Below, piece after piece: positions 1 to 11,319 of a DNA stretch of 64,000 bases. Each line of letters starts with the position of its first letter. Position 1 is the stretch's first letter. The notes below the pieces were generated by a model, which was given only the letters and a program-made list of their open reading frames with translations, did not search any database and was not told the DNA's origin. The DNA is taken from contig NC_083233.1 of assembly GCF_032191835.1 (NCBI RefSeq), positions 51,088,001 to 51,152,000 of the forward strand, read 5' to 3'. The position numbers and the translations under genes are program-made. Source of the stretch: Heteronotia binoei (lineage: Eukaryota).

Positions 1-1359
1 GGCGAACGGGACGCGCCTCGCTTTAAGCCTTATGGGCCTGACCATTGGGTCAATCGGTAGGGTGATGGGCGGACCCTTATAGCTCCCCAAGGACCCATCA
101 AAGACCTCGGGGAACTCTCGGCAGACCCCGTCGAAATTGCTTGCCTGCAAGTGGTCCACCCCCACCAGCTGGATCCCCAGGGGATTGAACCAAGCCAACC
201 CTAGAAGTGTGGTCAGTTGGCGCTTGACCACTAGGATGTCCAGGGGCCCTCTGAAACCCCTTCTTTCCACATGCACCCGGGCCCACCCCACGATGTGTAC
301 TGGGTTCTTCTGAAAGTCCCTCAGTACGAAGTCCGCTGGCCTCGTTTGAAGGCGGCGGTGGGGGCATAGTTTCTTGAGGGTTTCCTCCGAAATGATGGAG
401 ATGGAGGAACCCGAGTCCACTTCCATGGTGCAGGGGGCGCCCTCGATTAGGACCGACATTTTGACCTTGTCTGGGGCCGATAGGGGCAAGTTCAATACCT
501 GCAGAGTGGTGGATGCCGCCGTGTGGGTGTCCAGGGAGTCGTGATGCGCTGATGGTTGTCGGCGGCTGTTCTTGGCCCGGCAAGCCCGAGCGATGTGGCC
601 CGTCTTTCCGCAGCTGCGGCAGTCCAGGTTGCGGTACGGGCAGTCCCGGCGCTCGTGGGGGTCGCCGCAGCTGGCGCACCTGGGACCGGTGGTGGCGGTG
701 GCCCTCTCCGTCGCTCGCTGTCTAGTGGGGGCCCTTGTGTCCGTTCTTTGGGGCCGCCGGAGTTGAAACGCTTCTTCCTCCGTTCGGTCTTCTGGCTCCG
801 TTTCCCCTTGGTGGACTGCTTCACCTCGTGGCTGGCCGAACGCCTTGGTGGCCCTCTCGAAGGCCGTTGCCTCGTTGAAGGCTTGTTGTAGCGTTAGCTC
901 CTCCTTCGCGAAGAGCTTCTGCTGCAATCGCTCGTCGCGGAGGCCCCAGACGAAACGGTCCCGCAGGGCTTCGTCCCTTTTGTCAAAGTTGCAATTTCCG
1001 GCGATCTGCCGAAGGGCCGCCAGGTAGACCGCCGCTGTCTCCCCCGACTTTTGGTCCCTCTTGTGGAAGAGGAATCGGCGGGCGACGATGGACGGTTGGG
1101 GTGAAAAGTGGCCCGTGAGGAGCCTCACGACTTCCCGGTAGGTCCTCTCCGTCAGCTTAGCTGGAGCGGAGAGACCTCGTGCGATCTCGAAGGTCTCTTC
1201 GCCACAGACGCTCAGCAGGACGTCTCTCTTTCTCTCGTCATCGTCGATCAGGTTCGCCCGCAGGTAGCACTCGACCCTTTCGGTGTAGGTCTCCCATCTC
1301 TCGGGGTGCTCCGGGTTGAATTCCGCAAGATGGCCCGTCGTTACGCTCGAGTTCGCCAT
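1..1359 (-). CDS. Ty3/Gypsy LTR retrotransposon gag-pro-(RT) polyprotein, 5' part (453 codons, continues off the left edge)
   Basis: Manual translation from ATG at 1359 (perfect Kozak GCCGCCACCATGG) shows no stop down to position 1: MANSSVTTGHLAEFNPEHPERWETY..., zinc knuckles CASCGDPHERRDC and CRSCGKTGHIARAC, aspartic protease motif MEVDSGSSISII, and RT-proximal KARRVPFA at the edge. It is missing from the ORF track, presumably because it has no stop in the window. Confidence 0.93.
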   Translation of the reverse strand, partial: MANSSVTTGHLAEFNPEHPERWETYTERVECYLRANLIDDDERKRDVLLSVCGEETFEIARGLSAPAKLTERTYREVVRLLTGHFSPQPSIVARRFLFHKRDQKSGETAAVYLAALRQIAGNCNFDKRDEALRDRFVWGLRDERLQQKLFAKEELTLQQAFNEATAFERATKAFGQPRGEAVHQGETEPEDRTEEEAFQLRRPQRTDTRAPTRQRATERATATTGPRCASCGDPHERRDCPYRNLDCRSCGKTGHIARACRAKNSRRQPSAHHDSLDTHTAASTTLQVLNLPLSAPDKVKMSVLIEGAPCTMEVDSGSSISIISEETLKKLCPHRRLQTRPADFVLRDFQKNPVHIVGWARVHVERRGFRGPLDILVVKRQLTTLLGLAWFNPLGIQLVGVDHLQASNFDGVCREFPEVFDGSLGSYKGPPITLPIDPMVRPIRLKARRVPFA

Positions 1360-1424
1360 GGTGGCGGCGGGCTGCCCGATCCTGCGGTCTCTCGCCTTCC
1401 TCGTCTCCGGCCGGACATATCTAG

Positions 1425-1442
1425 ATCCCATCCTCGTCGCCA
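1425..1442 (-). promoter_or_regulatory. Primer binding site (tRNA-Ser GCT) of the Gypsy element
   Basis: Minus strand TGGCGACGAGGATGGGAT is complementary to the recalled vertebrate tRNA-Ser(GCT) 3' end (...ATCCCATCCTCGTCGCCA). It lies 1 nt from the LTR end. Confidence 0.88.
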
Positions 1443-1443
1443 G

Positions 1444-1701
1444 TGTAATGTACTGGGAGACGAGACGTGGTAAAGGCATTGGTCTTTAATCGCTGGTACA
1501 TTACAGAACTGGGGAACACGCGGCCGGGTCCGCTAATATATACATGCACCCCGGATCAACCCCCCTGCTGGCCAGCCCAATCCTGGCCAGTTAAACTTCC
1601 CGCGCTTGGTCTTGATTGGCGGTGACTTTTCCCGCGCTGCGCCAGGTAACCCGAGGACGTCCCGGCTTGCGCGGCGCGGGTGCAGAGTCCGATACTCAAC
1701 A
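1444..1701 (-). mobile_element. 5' LTR (~258 bp) of the Gypsy element
   Basis: Minus strand starts TGTTGAG and ends ...CATTACA (TG..CA), directly upstream of the PBS. TATA-like element near 1537-1542; ATTAAA poly(A) signal at 1485-1490 (minus). The 1701 boundary is inferred without a second LTR to compare. Confidence 0.75.
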
Positions 1702-1918
1702 GCAGTCCTTCAGGTTTGTTGGTTGCCAATATTATAGGGCTTTGAAGGTCAAGACCAGCAATTTAAATCGTGCCCAGAAACAAACTGGAAGCCAGTTTAG
1801 ATGGACCAAGACTGGAATTATATGGTCCTTACGACCCACTCCAGTCAACATGCTGGCTACAGTGTTCTGTAGCTATTGAAGTTTATGAACATCTTTTCAA
1901 GGACAGCCCCACAAAGCA

Positions 1919-2394
1919 GAGACGTTTTTGCTTGGATTACAATTAGAAAAATTTCCAAAGGAAGACAGGACTCTAATCTGGTACCTGCTATCAGCTGCTA
2001 GGACACTATACGCGCAGCTTTGGAAGCAAGAAAAGATACCGGAGAAATGGGACTGGACCATGAAAGTTTTATCGTGGTGTGAAATGGACAAACTAACTAG
2101 AACACTAAGAGACTATGATTTAGAGATATTCAAAAGGGAGTGGAGGAAATTTAAAGGATATATGGAGGAAGAGTAGAAAGTAAAAAGATATTGGACAATT
2201 TTTTAATAGTAAGAATATATATATATTGAATTTTGATCAGTTAGTAGTACCTTTAGTATTGAACTTGAATTTATAACCTCGGGGAAGTCATCATTGGAGG
2301 GAGGGGGGATAGAAATGTCATATGGGTTAATACTGAAATAGTGAAGAAATAATTAAGTTGTGTAACCATATGCTATCAATAAATTGTTAAAACA
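1919..2394 (+). mobile_element. 5'-truncated L1/Tx1-like LINE (ORF2 C-terminus plus 3' UTR) with 21-bp TSD
   Basis: ORF 1928..2176 (...YAQLWKQEKIP...W...REWRKFKGYM) resembles L1-type ORF2 tails. AATAAA lies near the 3' end. Perfect flanking direct repeat CAAGGACAGCCCCACAAAGCA at 1898-1918 and 2395-2415. Confidence 0.8.
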
Positions 2395-2879
2395 CAAGGA
2401 CAGCCCCACAAAGCATGCATTGTAGCAATCTTATCAAGACATAACCAGGGCATGTTTTATATCAATCAAACAAAATAAAATAAACTTCCATCTACAGTTG
2501 TCAGATCTCTCAGTCCAGGAAAGACTCTATCAGTTGGAGCTGATAAAAGGTACTCTTGGCCACAGCGGCCATCTGTTTATCCAGCAGTAGGCCTGAGTCC
2601 AAGAGCACCCCCATTCTATGGACCTATTACTTCAATGGGTGTGCAACCCCATCCAGAACAAGTGACACTTTCAATCCCAGGCCAGACCTTCCAGCCACCA
2701 ATAGCACTTCCCTCTTGTTGGGAGTAAGCTTTCTTTTATTAGCCCATAACCACTCCTAAATTACTCCAGGCACTGGATCAGAGTTTCTACAACCTCCATG
2801 GGATTAGCAGGAAGTGCAAGACAGAGCTAAATGCCATCTGTGTATAGGTGACCTAATCTCTGAGTGACCTAACTCAGCA

Positions 2880-3520
2880 GTTTCATGTAGATGTTAAAGA
2901 ACATAGGGGACAAGATGGAACCTTGCAGGACAATATAGGCCAAAGGCCAAGGGGCTAAACAGCAATCTCACAGACCAGCTGCTGAAACCTACCCCCAGGC
3001 AGGACTGGAACCACTGCAGAGTGCTGCCTCCCCATCCCAGTCCAGATAAGCAGTCCAGAAGTCAATCTATGAGAGATGGTATGGAAAGCCTTTGAGAGGT
3101 TCAAAATTATCAACAGAGTTGCATTCCCTATATCCATCTCCCGGTGCAGGTCATCCATCATGGTGACTGAGGCTGTTTCAGTCCCATACTCAGGCTTGAA
3201 ACCAGACTGGAAGAGATCTAAAAAAACTGCCTCGTCCAGGAAGGCTTGGAGCTGTCCAGCCACCATTGGTTTAATCATTTTGATCAAGAATTAAATATTT
3301 GAGACTAGTTGATAATTATTTAGATCTCTGGGTCCAGGGTAGGCTTCTTTAGAAGTGGATGCACCACAGCCTGTTTCAAGGCTGGGTCAACCACCTCCAC
3401 TCTTAAGGAAGCATTAACTACTTTTTGATCCCAGTCAGCAGGCATCCTTACCACAACTACTGAAAATTTAAGTAACCAGGAAAGGCAAGAGTCATACCAG
3501 CAGGTGGTAGGCCTCAAACT
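2880..3520 (-). mobile_element. Degenerate L2-clade LINE RT fragment
   Basis: Broken ORFs 2955..3287 (LDLFQSGFKPEYGTETA...LNLSKAFHTISH) and 3320..3517 (LKQAVVHPLLKKPTLDP) match L2/CR1-group RT motifs. Boundaries approximate. Confidence 0.75.
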
Positions 3521-3544
3521 TCTTTACACAGCAACTGCTTAAAA

Positions 3545-3811
3545 TTGGGGATTTGCTGTCAGAAAATGGCCACATACAGCTTTAAAAGGGGATTAGATAA
3601 AATTCATGGAAGATAGGTCTATCAGTGTCTACTAGCAATTAAGACTGAAGGGAACTGAAGGCAGACAATGTCTGAATCCCAGTGCTAGGAGGTTTTGCCT
3701 CTATGCTTTGCTGTTGGCCTTACAGAAGAACTGTTTGGCCAGTCTGCGAGACAGGATGCTGGACTAGATGGACCACTGGTCTGATCCAGCAGAACTCTTC
3801 TTATGTTCTTA
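3545..3811 (+). mobile_element. CR1 LINE 3' end fragment
   Basis: Typical CR1 3' terminus ...GGACTAGATGGACCACTGGTCTGATCCAGC...CTTCTTATGTTCTTA, also seen at ~52430. Confidence 0.7.
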
Positions 3812-4029
3812 AACTTCCAAGAATCCTGCCCACATTCTCAGACTGAATAAACTGAAAAGTATTCCACACTTCAGTGTTCAAGCTGCCACACAAGCATAGA
3901 ATTGCAGCCCAATCCAGTGCATGTTTCTTATGAAACAAGAGCCATAGTGCTCAAACAAGCATTTATTAAACTGAGCGCATTTTAACAAGTACATTCTTGA
4001 AGGCTTTATTTAACGAAACTTCTGTGCTT

Positions 4030-4489
4030 TATAAATACTGGCGGCGCATGCATATGAGTGCTCACTCACAAAATTCATCCTGGGTTAAACCTGGTTAGTC
4101 ATTGAGGGGGCTTTTGGAGTCCTATTTTATCCTGCCAATCACAGAATGGCTCAAGAAACGTCCCCAGCCCAGTCGGCCAATGGTTTTTACCAGAGAGAGC
4201 GCGACTGCAGTTCCCGCATGCGCGTTGCAAGAGGGCGGGATTTAGTTGTGGGGGCTTTTTCTTTTCTCTTTTCCTAGCGTGTGTTTCCTTGCGCGCGCGG
4301 CTCGTTTTCCGCCTCCCCTTTAAGTGGTTTTTTTTTGTCCTCCGTCAGGTGGCGAGGCCTGAGGTGGGGGAGGAGGTGGTGATAGCGGCGGCGACGACTG
4401 AATTTGTTTTCCGTAGGTTGCGGAGGGGCTTGCGGGTGCCGAGAGCGTGAGAGGGCGACGACGGCAACAGCAGCAATAATAGAGGCGGC
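4030..4489 (+). promoter_or_regulatory. CpG-island promoter / 5' UTR of SRSF9
   Basis: CpG-rich region with an NRF1-like CGCATGCGC (~4215-4223), CCAAT (~4177) and a GGGCGG box immediately upstream of the SRSF9 ATG. Confidence 0.7.
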
Positions 4490-4725
4490 ATGTCCGGGGG
4501 CTGGGGCCGAGATATGATGGACTATGGCGGCGGTGGCGGGGCCGGGATGTCCGGGGGCGGGGGCGGCGGGGGCGACGGCCGCATCTATGTGGGCAACTTG
4601 CCGGCGGACGTGCGCGAGAAAGACTTGGAGGAGCTTTTCTACAAGTACGGCCGCATCCGGGACATCGAGCTGAAGACCAAGCGCGGCCTGGTGCCCTTCG
4701 CCTTCGTGCGCTTCGAGGATCCGCG
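4490..4725 (+). CDS. SRSF9: Serine/arginine-rich splicing factor 9, coding exon 1 (RRM1 N-part)
   Basis: MSGGWG...[34 protein letters not shown]...[11 protein letters not shown]; donor CG|GTGGGT at 4726, phase 2. Confidence 0.96.
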
Positions 4726-5459
4726 GTGGGTGAGAGGAAGGCGGGGAGGGATACCTCCGCGTGAAGTGGGGGCAGAATATCTTCCTAGCCTCTCCCGCCC
4801 TTCGGTGAGCCTTGGGGCCACCACCATTGCCTGCCTCCCCGAGGCGCCGCTCTGCGCGCCCCCTCCCTTTTCCCGCCTTTTATGAGGCAAACCTCTTCCA
4901 CCTTTCTGAGTGGAAATATGGAGGCAGAGTAGGAGGAACATCTCTTTGGGTAAATCTGGCTGAGGCCCTGTTTGTATAAGCAGAACGAAGGAGTAGGAAG
5001 GCAGACAGGACTGTAGCACTAAACATTGTACCACTAAGCAGCCCCCCAGGCTTCCTGCAAGTGGAAAACTAAGCAGAAAAGACTATGTGAAAGGGATTTT
5101 TCTCCCTGTTGTGCTAGATTTTTAAGAGCAGGGAATTTCAAGCAGAATTTATTGTCTGAAGCAGTTGAAACCCTTTTAAGAGCCATCTCTCCTGCACATG
5201 TGAATTAGGCCTGATATTTACAAATGATACTTAGCTTGTATGTAATGCTCTGGAATGCCTGAAGAACATTGCAGATTATTGTCTTGTAATCATGGCAATT
5301 CTTGTAGAGTAGACTAGTATGCTTCCAAGTTCCCAGGCAAAATGTGTGAAATTGCCTTGTACTGAATCAAACCCTTGATCTATCAAGGTCAAGTATTGTC
5401 CACTCAAACTGACAGCAGCTCTGGCTGGTTTTAAGTGGAGGTCTTTCACATCATTTACC

Positions 5460-5612
5460 CAATTGTCTACTCAGACTGGCAGCAGCTCTCCAGGGTGACA
5501 AGTGGAGGTAGTTCACATCACCTACTACCTGATCCTTAATTGGAGATTTCAGGGATTGAACCTGGAACTTTCTGTATCCCAGACAAGTAGATGCTGTACC
5601 ACTGAGCCATGA
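5460..5612 (-). mobile_element. tRNA-derived SINE (partial)
   Basis: Minus-strand A box TGGCTCAGTGGTA and B box GGTTCCAGGTTCAATCC. The body resembles copies at 17165 and 29250. Confidence 0.6.
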
Positions 5613-6688
5613 TCTTTCCCCATATTCCTGAAAGTTTAATGATGCAGTTACCTTGTTAAAGCCAAGCAGATCTGGGTGTAGAAAATACCTGAATAGGAAG
5701 ACGTTTTGTGGACCCTTTCCCTTCAAGAGTGCCTCCTTGAGTCAGATATAAATGTAAGAAACATAAAGTGTTTGTTGGCCCTCCAAGGCAACTGGTTGGC
5801 CACTGTGAAACAGGATGCTGCAGGACTTGGACGCTGATTTTATCCAGCAGGCACTCTTCTTATTAAAATAATTGGCTAAGGTTGACAGAACAGTAGCTTG
5901 CCAAATTCTGCCTAATGAGTTCATGGCAGAAGTGGGGTATGAACCAGAGACTTCCTGATCTGGAGTACCCATTATGCTACACAAGCATTCAGGTGTGTAC
6001 TTGGTATGGGAAATTATATTGTTGGCACCTAATCTCTGACCATCTTGTGTCCATTCTAAACCATTAAATTGAGTGGAGTGCTAAAGGGCCTATACCAAAC
6101 AACAAAAAAACCCTCTTTGCTTATCTTCTCTTCTCCCTCCACCACTCCAAAAATAAATGCTCTTGAGACTAGTTGTATAGATCTCTCATTTGGAGGTACA
6201 GCAAATCAACCATAAATTCTTTAAAATGCATTGCTTCTGTGCAATTTACTTTTGTGTATTTCTGTTAAATTTTTATAAGAATAGGGTCCACACTAACCTT
6301 GTTCTGTGTTTTCTTTTCCCCATAAATCTGAAAGACCGCTGCTGAATGGGTGGGAGCAATTGCATAAAGCCTTCTCTTCCACAACCAAAATTTAAACTCT
6401 GTTAATCTAAACCAGGAACCTTCCCATTCTGAATTAATCTTGAATAAGGATGGGTTAATGTCTTTTGTGAAGGTTTCTACCCTTTGTTTTGCAGTATTTT
6501 TATGTAATTATTCTTCACATCTTTAGTAAACTATTTTAAATCTGAGTTTAAAAGAAACTCATTTAAAAAAAATGTGAATCATTTTTTTAAAAAAGTGATT
6601 GTTTTTTGTTTTCCCTAAGGCTTTCATGCAACATACCAAGAAGTTTTATATCACCTGACAGTTCTATTACTTTGCTCTTGTTCTAGCC

Positions 6689-6950
6689 CAGAGGTGGCCA
6701 AATTGCAGCTCAGGGGCCAAATGTGGCTCTTTCACACATATTGTGTGGCTCTCAAAGCCCCCACTGCCCCATCTGCTGACTTGGAGAAGGTGTTTAAAGT
6801 TAAAATTGCTTTCTTTTCACATCCCCCTCCCTCCTCCATCCCCCAATCTATTTCCCTCCCTCCCTCCCATATCTGACATGTCTTGTGGCTCTCAGACATC
6901 TGATGTTTCTTCTGTGTGGCTCTTACATTAAGCAAGTTTGGCCACCCATG
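6689..6950. mobile_element. hAT-type MITE with perfect 8-bp TSD
   Basis: TIRs CAGAGGTGGCCAAA / TTTGGCCACCCATG; TSD TTCTAGCC at 6681-6688 and 6951-6958. Related copies at 40446 and 41208. Confidence 0.85.
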
Positions 6951-9169
6951 TTCTAGCCCATAGTGACTGGGTGGGGGGGAGCAGTTATTGCCATGGGACC
7001 TCTGGTTAAGAGTTTCTTCTTGTTTAAAATGCAAAGTCATCATTGCTGCATATTTGCAGTTATACCGAAAGACCAGATATTCTGTGTGCTTTCACTTGCC
7101 ATGATATTGATGTGTCTTCATAACTAAGGCCTGAGAATTTCAGAGTGGATGTGTTTCTGTATTTTATATGTATTTTTCTCTGAGAAGTGTAAAATTATTT
7201 GTACACAATATCACAGACATATTTTTTCTGCCTAGTACCTACCTTACCTACCAAAACCCTGACCTTTGGAGAAATGTCATCAGTTTCTCATCTACAGAAA
7301 AACAAGCCCTGAGTGGCCTTTAGGACTGTAATAATCAAAAGATTGAATACATATAGATACAGTAAACAGATGTAGAACAGAGTCCGTCTTTACTTAGTGT
7401 CCTTTCATTTCAAAGAAATTTTTCCTCTCAGGATCTGCTTAGTGAAATGGTCTCATAAAGGTTAACAGGTTAACCTGTATCTAGTATTTTTCCCAACCAG
7501 GATGTGATGAACCATGTGCCTTCATGAAACTACTTTAGCCAGATGGAAGGTGAGGCGAAAAGTCATGTTGTGGTACCTCATCCACATCAGAACTGGTTGG
7601 GTAGAAAAGGGCAGATTATGGAATGGGCCATCTGTTAATATTTTGCAGTTGGAACTCAACGTATGACATGAATTTCCTCTGACAATCTTGGCCTAATGAC
7701 TAATTATAAAAGCATTTAAAGGGCTATCAGTCCTTTCTTGAATCTAGCAGTAAAACTAGCTTTGTTGGAACAAAGTCCTCAAGTTTATTGAACTGGATTT
7801 TGTTTCTCCTGCTTCTACAGCAAAGAACTGCTATCCATGTGCCATGCTAATTTAGTCTTATCACTCTTGGAATTTTTGGATAATATTGAGTAATTTTCTT
7901 CCAGTGTTCCCAGCAATACTTAGTTTAACATCATTTTTACCCAGTATCATGAGACAATTGTCTGACTGCAACTGAAAGACTGCAGACCTGGAATTCCCAA
8001 GTTGTGGGAGGAGACTTGCAACGTGAGATAGTCTTTTTGCATAGAAGCACCAACCAGTAAAGGTTTTGGCGGAGTCATGTTAGAGTTGAAGAGTGATTTT
8101 TTTTTAAATGAGCAAATGAAAACCATTACTCCCCAACATTGCACTCATGGGCATCATGGTATCCACCAGTGTGTTTTCTTGGTGCACATTTGCTTCTTTG
8201 ATAAAGCATTTCTTCCCCAAAACCAAAAGGCAGTCTTGATTTCCCCCCCACACACCTGACCTGGAGTAGGAGATACTTTAGAAGAATCCAAGAAGCATCT
8301 CTTATGTCTGCAGAGAGCCTTCATTCAGAAAGAGCTACTTCCATTATAGGAATTCTTTTGCAGCCTCCAAAGACTTTGTAATTGACAGTCATATTGGAGT
8401 GTTATCCATTCTCTATCATTAAAATTCCAAAAGTGCACACAGGCTGAACAAGACTGGGGACTCCTGGAGTAGACTGCAGTTTATGCTCTGTTAAAATGAG
8501 TCTGTGATGTGTTGCTAGATTGCCTTTTAAATAAAACCACAGTTGCTAAAACAACATTTGGAACATAAATTGATTTATAGACTTAAAAAATGACATACTG
8601 AATGATTTTTGCAAATAATTAAATAGTGTACAGATTTTTCTCAAAAGCAAAATTATCTCTAAGTTAGCATGCTTTTGAGTAACTGGTACTGTTTTTTTCC
8701 TGGTAATTGGAGCAACAATGCCTCAGGCTTCTAAAACGTCGTTAATCTGTTGACTACCTTGATTCTACCCTAGAGAGCACAGCAAGTCAGCATAGTAATT
8801 GCTACTTGGAAAATATCAAGGAATTCACTAGAGTTTTGAAGCAATGCCTCTCGTTATGAGGCGTCACATCCTCAACTTTTTTTTTTTGTAAACATTTCAG
8901 CCCTGATGGTGAATAATTTGTGTAGTCCCTATCTTTATATTTTGCTGTTTTTTCAAATGTAAAAGCATTGTTATCACTTGCAAGTTTCAAAGCTAAATGC
9001 TTTTTCTGGGGATGTAAGCACTAGCGGTCCTTGATGTATTATATTGGATCTCAGAAATTGTTAGTAAGGGGTTGTCTTGAATACTGGAAATTTCCAGTTC
9101 TTTCAAATCTCTGTGTTAATATGCCAACGTTAAATCTTCAAGCTGCACTGGGTCATTTCAGGTGCTTTT

Positions 9170-9360
9170 TATACCACAGTCTTATCTCTTACGGGGACCC
9201 AAGTGATGTACAACATCATTCTACCCTTTTTATCCTCACAACAGTAACTCTTTGAGGTAGGTTAGGCTGAGAGCGACTAGCCCAAGGACATTCATGATAG
9301 AGTGGAGATTTAAACCTGGGTCTCTCAGACTGTAGTCTGATGCTCTAATTTTTCCACTAT
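9170..9360 (-). mobile_element. tRNA-derived SINE of a second family (as at 24828)
   Basis: Reverse-complement similarity to 24828..25057 (GGTTTAAATCTCCAC, CTCTCAGCCTAACCTACCTCA). Boundaries approximate. Confidence 0.6.
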
Positions 9361-9409
9361 GCTGACTCCCACTAAACATTTCTAATCCCAGATCTGTATT
9401 TGTTTGCAG

Positions 9410-9579
9410 AGACGCAGAAGATGCAATATATGGGAGGAATGGTTATGATTATGGCCAGTGTCGTCTACGTGTTGAGTTTCCTAGACCTTCCAGAGGTCGG
9501 GGTGGAGGCTTTGGTGGGGGGCCTCGTGGGAGGAATGGCCCTCCTTTGCGACGTTCTGAATTTCGAGTCCTGGTTTCAG
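9410..9579 (+). CDS. SRSF9: SRSF9 coding exon 2
   Basis: TTTGCAG| acceptor; (R)[25 protein letters not shown]...[10 protein letters not shown](G); donor CAG|GTATGT. Frame continuous with exon 1. Confidence 0.96.
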
Positions 9580-11146
9580 GTATGTTGCCTTCGGTACTTC
9601 ATACTGACTAGGAACTTTCCTGATGCCACGTTTCACTTATATTGTGTTGGGGAGGAGTATCTTGCTACCATAATCTAAAGTTAACTTCTTTAATATGAAA
9701 CCTGTGACTGAAGGAGCTTTTTCAGAGCTAAGAGGACCACATACCTTCCCAGTTTGATTCATAAGCAGAAGTCTTTTGCTTTTGGACTTCATCTTGATGA
9801 ACGAATGGTGAGCAAAAAACATCTTCACCCAGTGAACTCAATGGACATGGAAGTGGGCAACTCTGTGGGTAGGTGAAGGGAAGGAAGTCAACTATGGGAA
9901 CCATTCTTTTGGGGTTGAGGGCCAGAAGGAATAGATCCCAAAACTTCACCTATGCTGGCCATAGCATGTGTTGATTGGAAACAAGAATGAATCTGTTAAA
10001 AACAGAGATATGTGGCAAATGCTGCATCAGCCACATATTTGCATTTGTGATGGGAGAAAATTAACATGAGTTGGCTCCCTTGATTACTAATCTTGTGGAC
10101 TCTTGAGGGCAACCTGGAATTTCTGGAATAGGTGTCTATTTAGTGAGTTAAGAAACACAGATGGAAAAGGTCTTTTACTGGAAAAAGTGGAAGTATTTTG
10201 GAGATTTTGCAATGGCAATCAAAGCTCTGGAGAAAACATCATTTTCTGACCAGATTTATGGAGTGGTACACTAAAAACAAACTTGCTCATAAAAACATGT
10301 TTATTCTCATATACTTAAAACACACACACCCATACATTCACCTGGGGAAAAAAATCCCTTCCCCTTCCAGGTGATCTAACTCTGCTACTGTGACATCCTG
10401 GCTAGATGCTCACTGTGAGGAAACCACTGAAGTGCAGTCTCTTCAGCTTTGCAACAGGACCTGACAACAAAAGTGTGGAACCCCAGGTGTACATCTCCCA
10501 CACAGAAGCCTGGGAGGGAAGGGAGGCTGTCTGGAAAATTCTCTTGACTTTTGCCATGCATGTGAGAATATGGAGGATTCTTGCAAAGGCCAGGAGCTGC
10601 AGTGTACTAGTTTCTCCAGGAAATGATGTGGAACAGGGAAACCACTTTTCTTAGTAATCATGCTGATAGTTTAACTCGGGTATCCTTTTTCACTGCCCAA
10701 GGATGAACTATTGGAATCTAAGGACCCAAACTCATACTGTTAGATGGGAGCTACCATTCTTGGATGGGAATCTGATCGTGAGTAACTAAGTCACATGGAG
10801 TACAGTCTGTACAGTCAGAGTTAGGGGGTGATGTTAAGTTTACATTGGACCAATGGAGGATTCCTCTGAATGCCCAGCACTCTTGACTCCTAGGGGACTA
10901 TCCTCAGGGACCTTGCTGACTTGGAGGGCTCATCCACTCTGGAATGGAACTTAATTGCTGTTCTTTGGATCCTTCTGTTCTTATTATAGCACTGGCCTTC
11001 TGGAATAAAAGGAAGTCTGTGGAAACAGTGGAGCCTGTGATGCTGGAGGAAACCAGTCAAGGGCATGTAGCCATTCCTGGAGTAGCCTAAGCACCTAGTG
11101 TCCTCTCTTTACACGGTGTCTTATGTTTTGTGTTCTCACTGCTCAG

Positions 11147-11319
11147 GGCTTCCTCCATCAGGCAGCTGGCAGGACCTGAAGGATCACATGCGTGAGGCTG
11201 GTGATGTATGTTATGCAGATGTACAGAAAGATGGAATGGGGGTGGTTGAGTTTCTTCGCAAGGAAGACATGGAATACGCACTGCGTAAACTGGATGACAC
11301 CAAATTCCGGTCTCATGAG
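11147..11319 (+). CDS. SRSF9: SRSF9 coding exon 3 (RRM2, SWQDLKD motif)
   Basis: [58 protein letters not shown]; CAG| acceptor and GAG|GTGGGT donor. Confidence 0.97.

Noticed and set aside
1425-1442. tRNA-Ser-like sequence as a tRNA gene
   Set aside because: Only the 3' 18 nt including CCA match, next to an LTR, so it is a PBS. Other tRNA-like A/B boxes in the window are SINE heads without a cloverleaf.
98-1473. ORFs 98..679, 492..824, 556..891, 1108..1473 and similar as separate genes
   Set aside because: They are alternative frames or antisense of the GC-rich Gypsy gag-pol ORF.
4639-5034. 131-aa antisense ORF over SRSF9 exon 1
   Set aside because: No recognisable domain; expected by chance in a GC-rich antisense frame.
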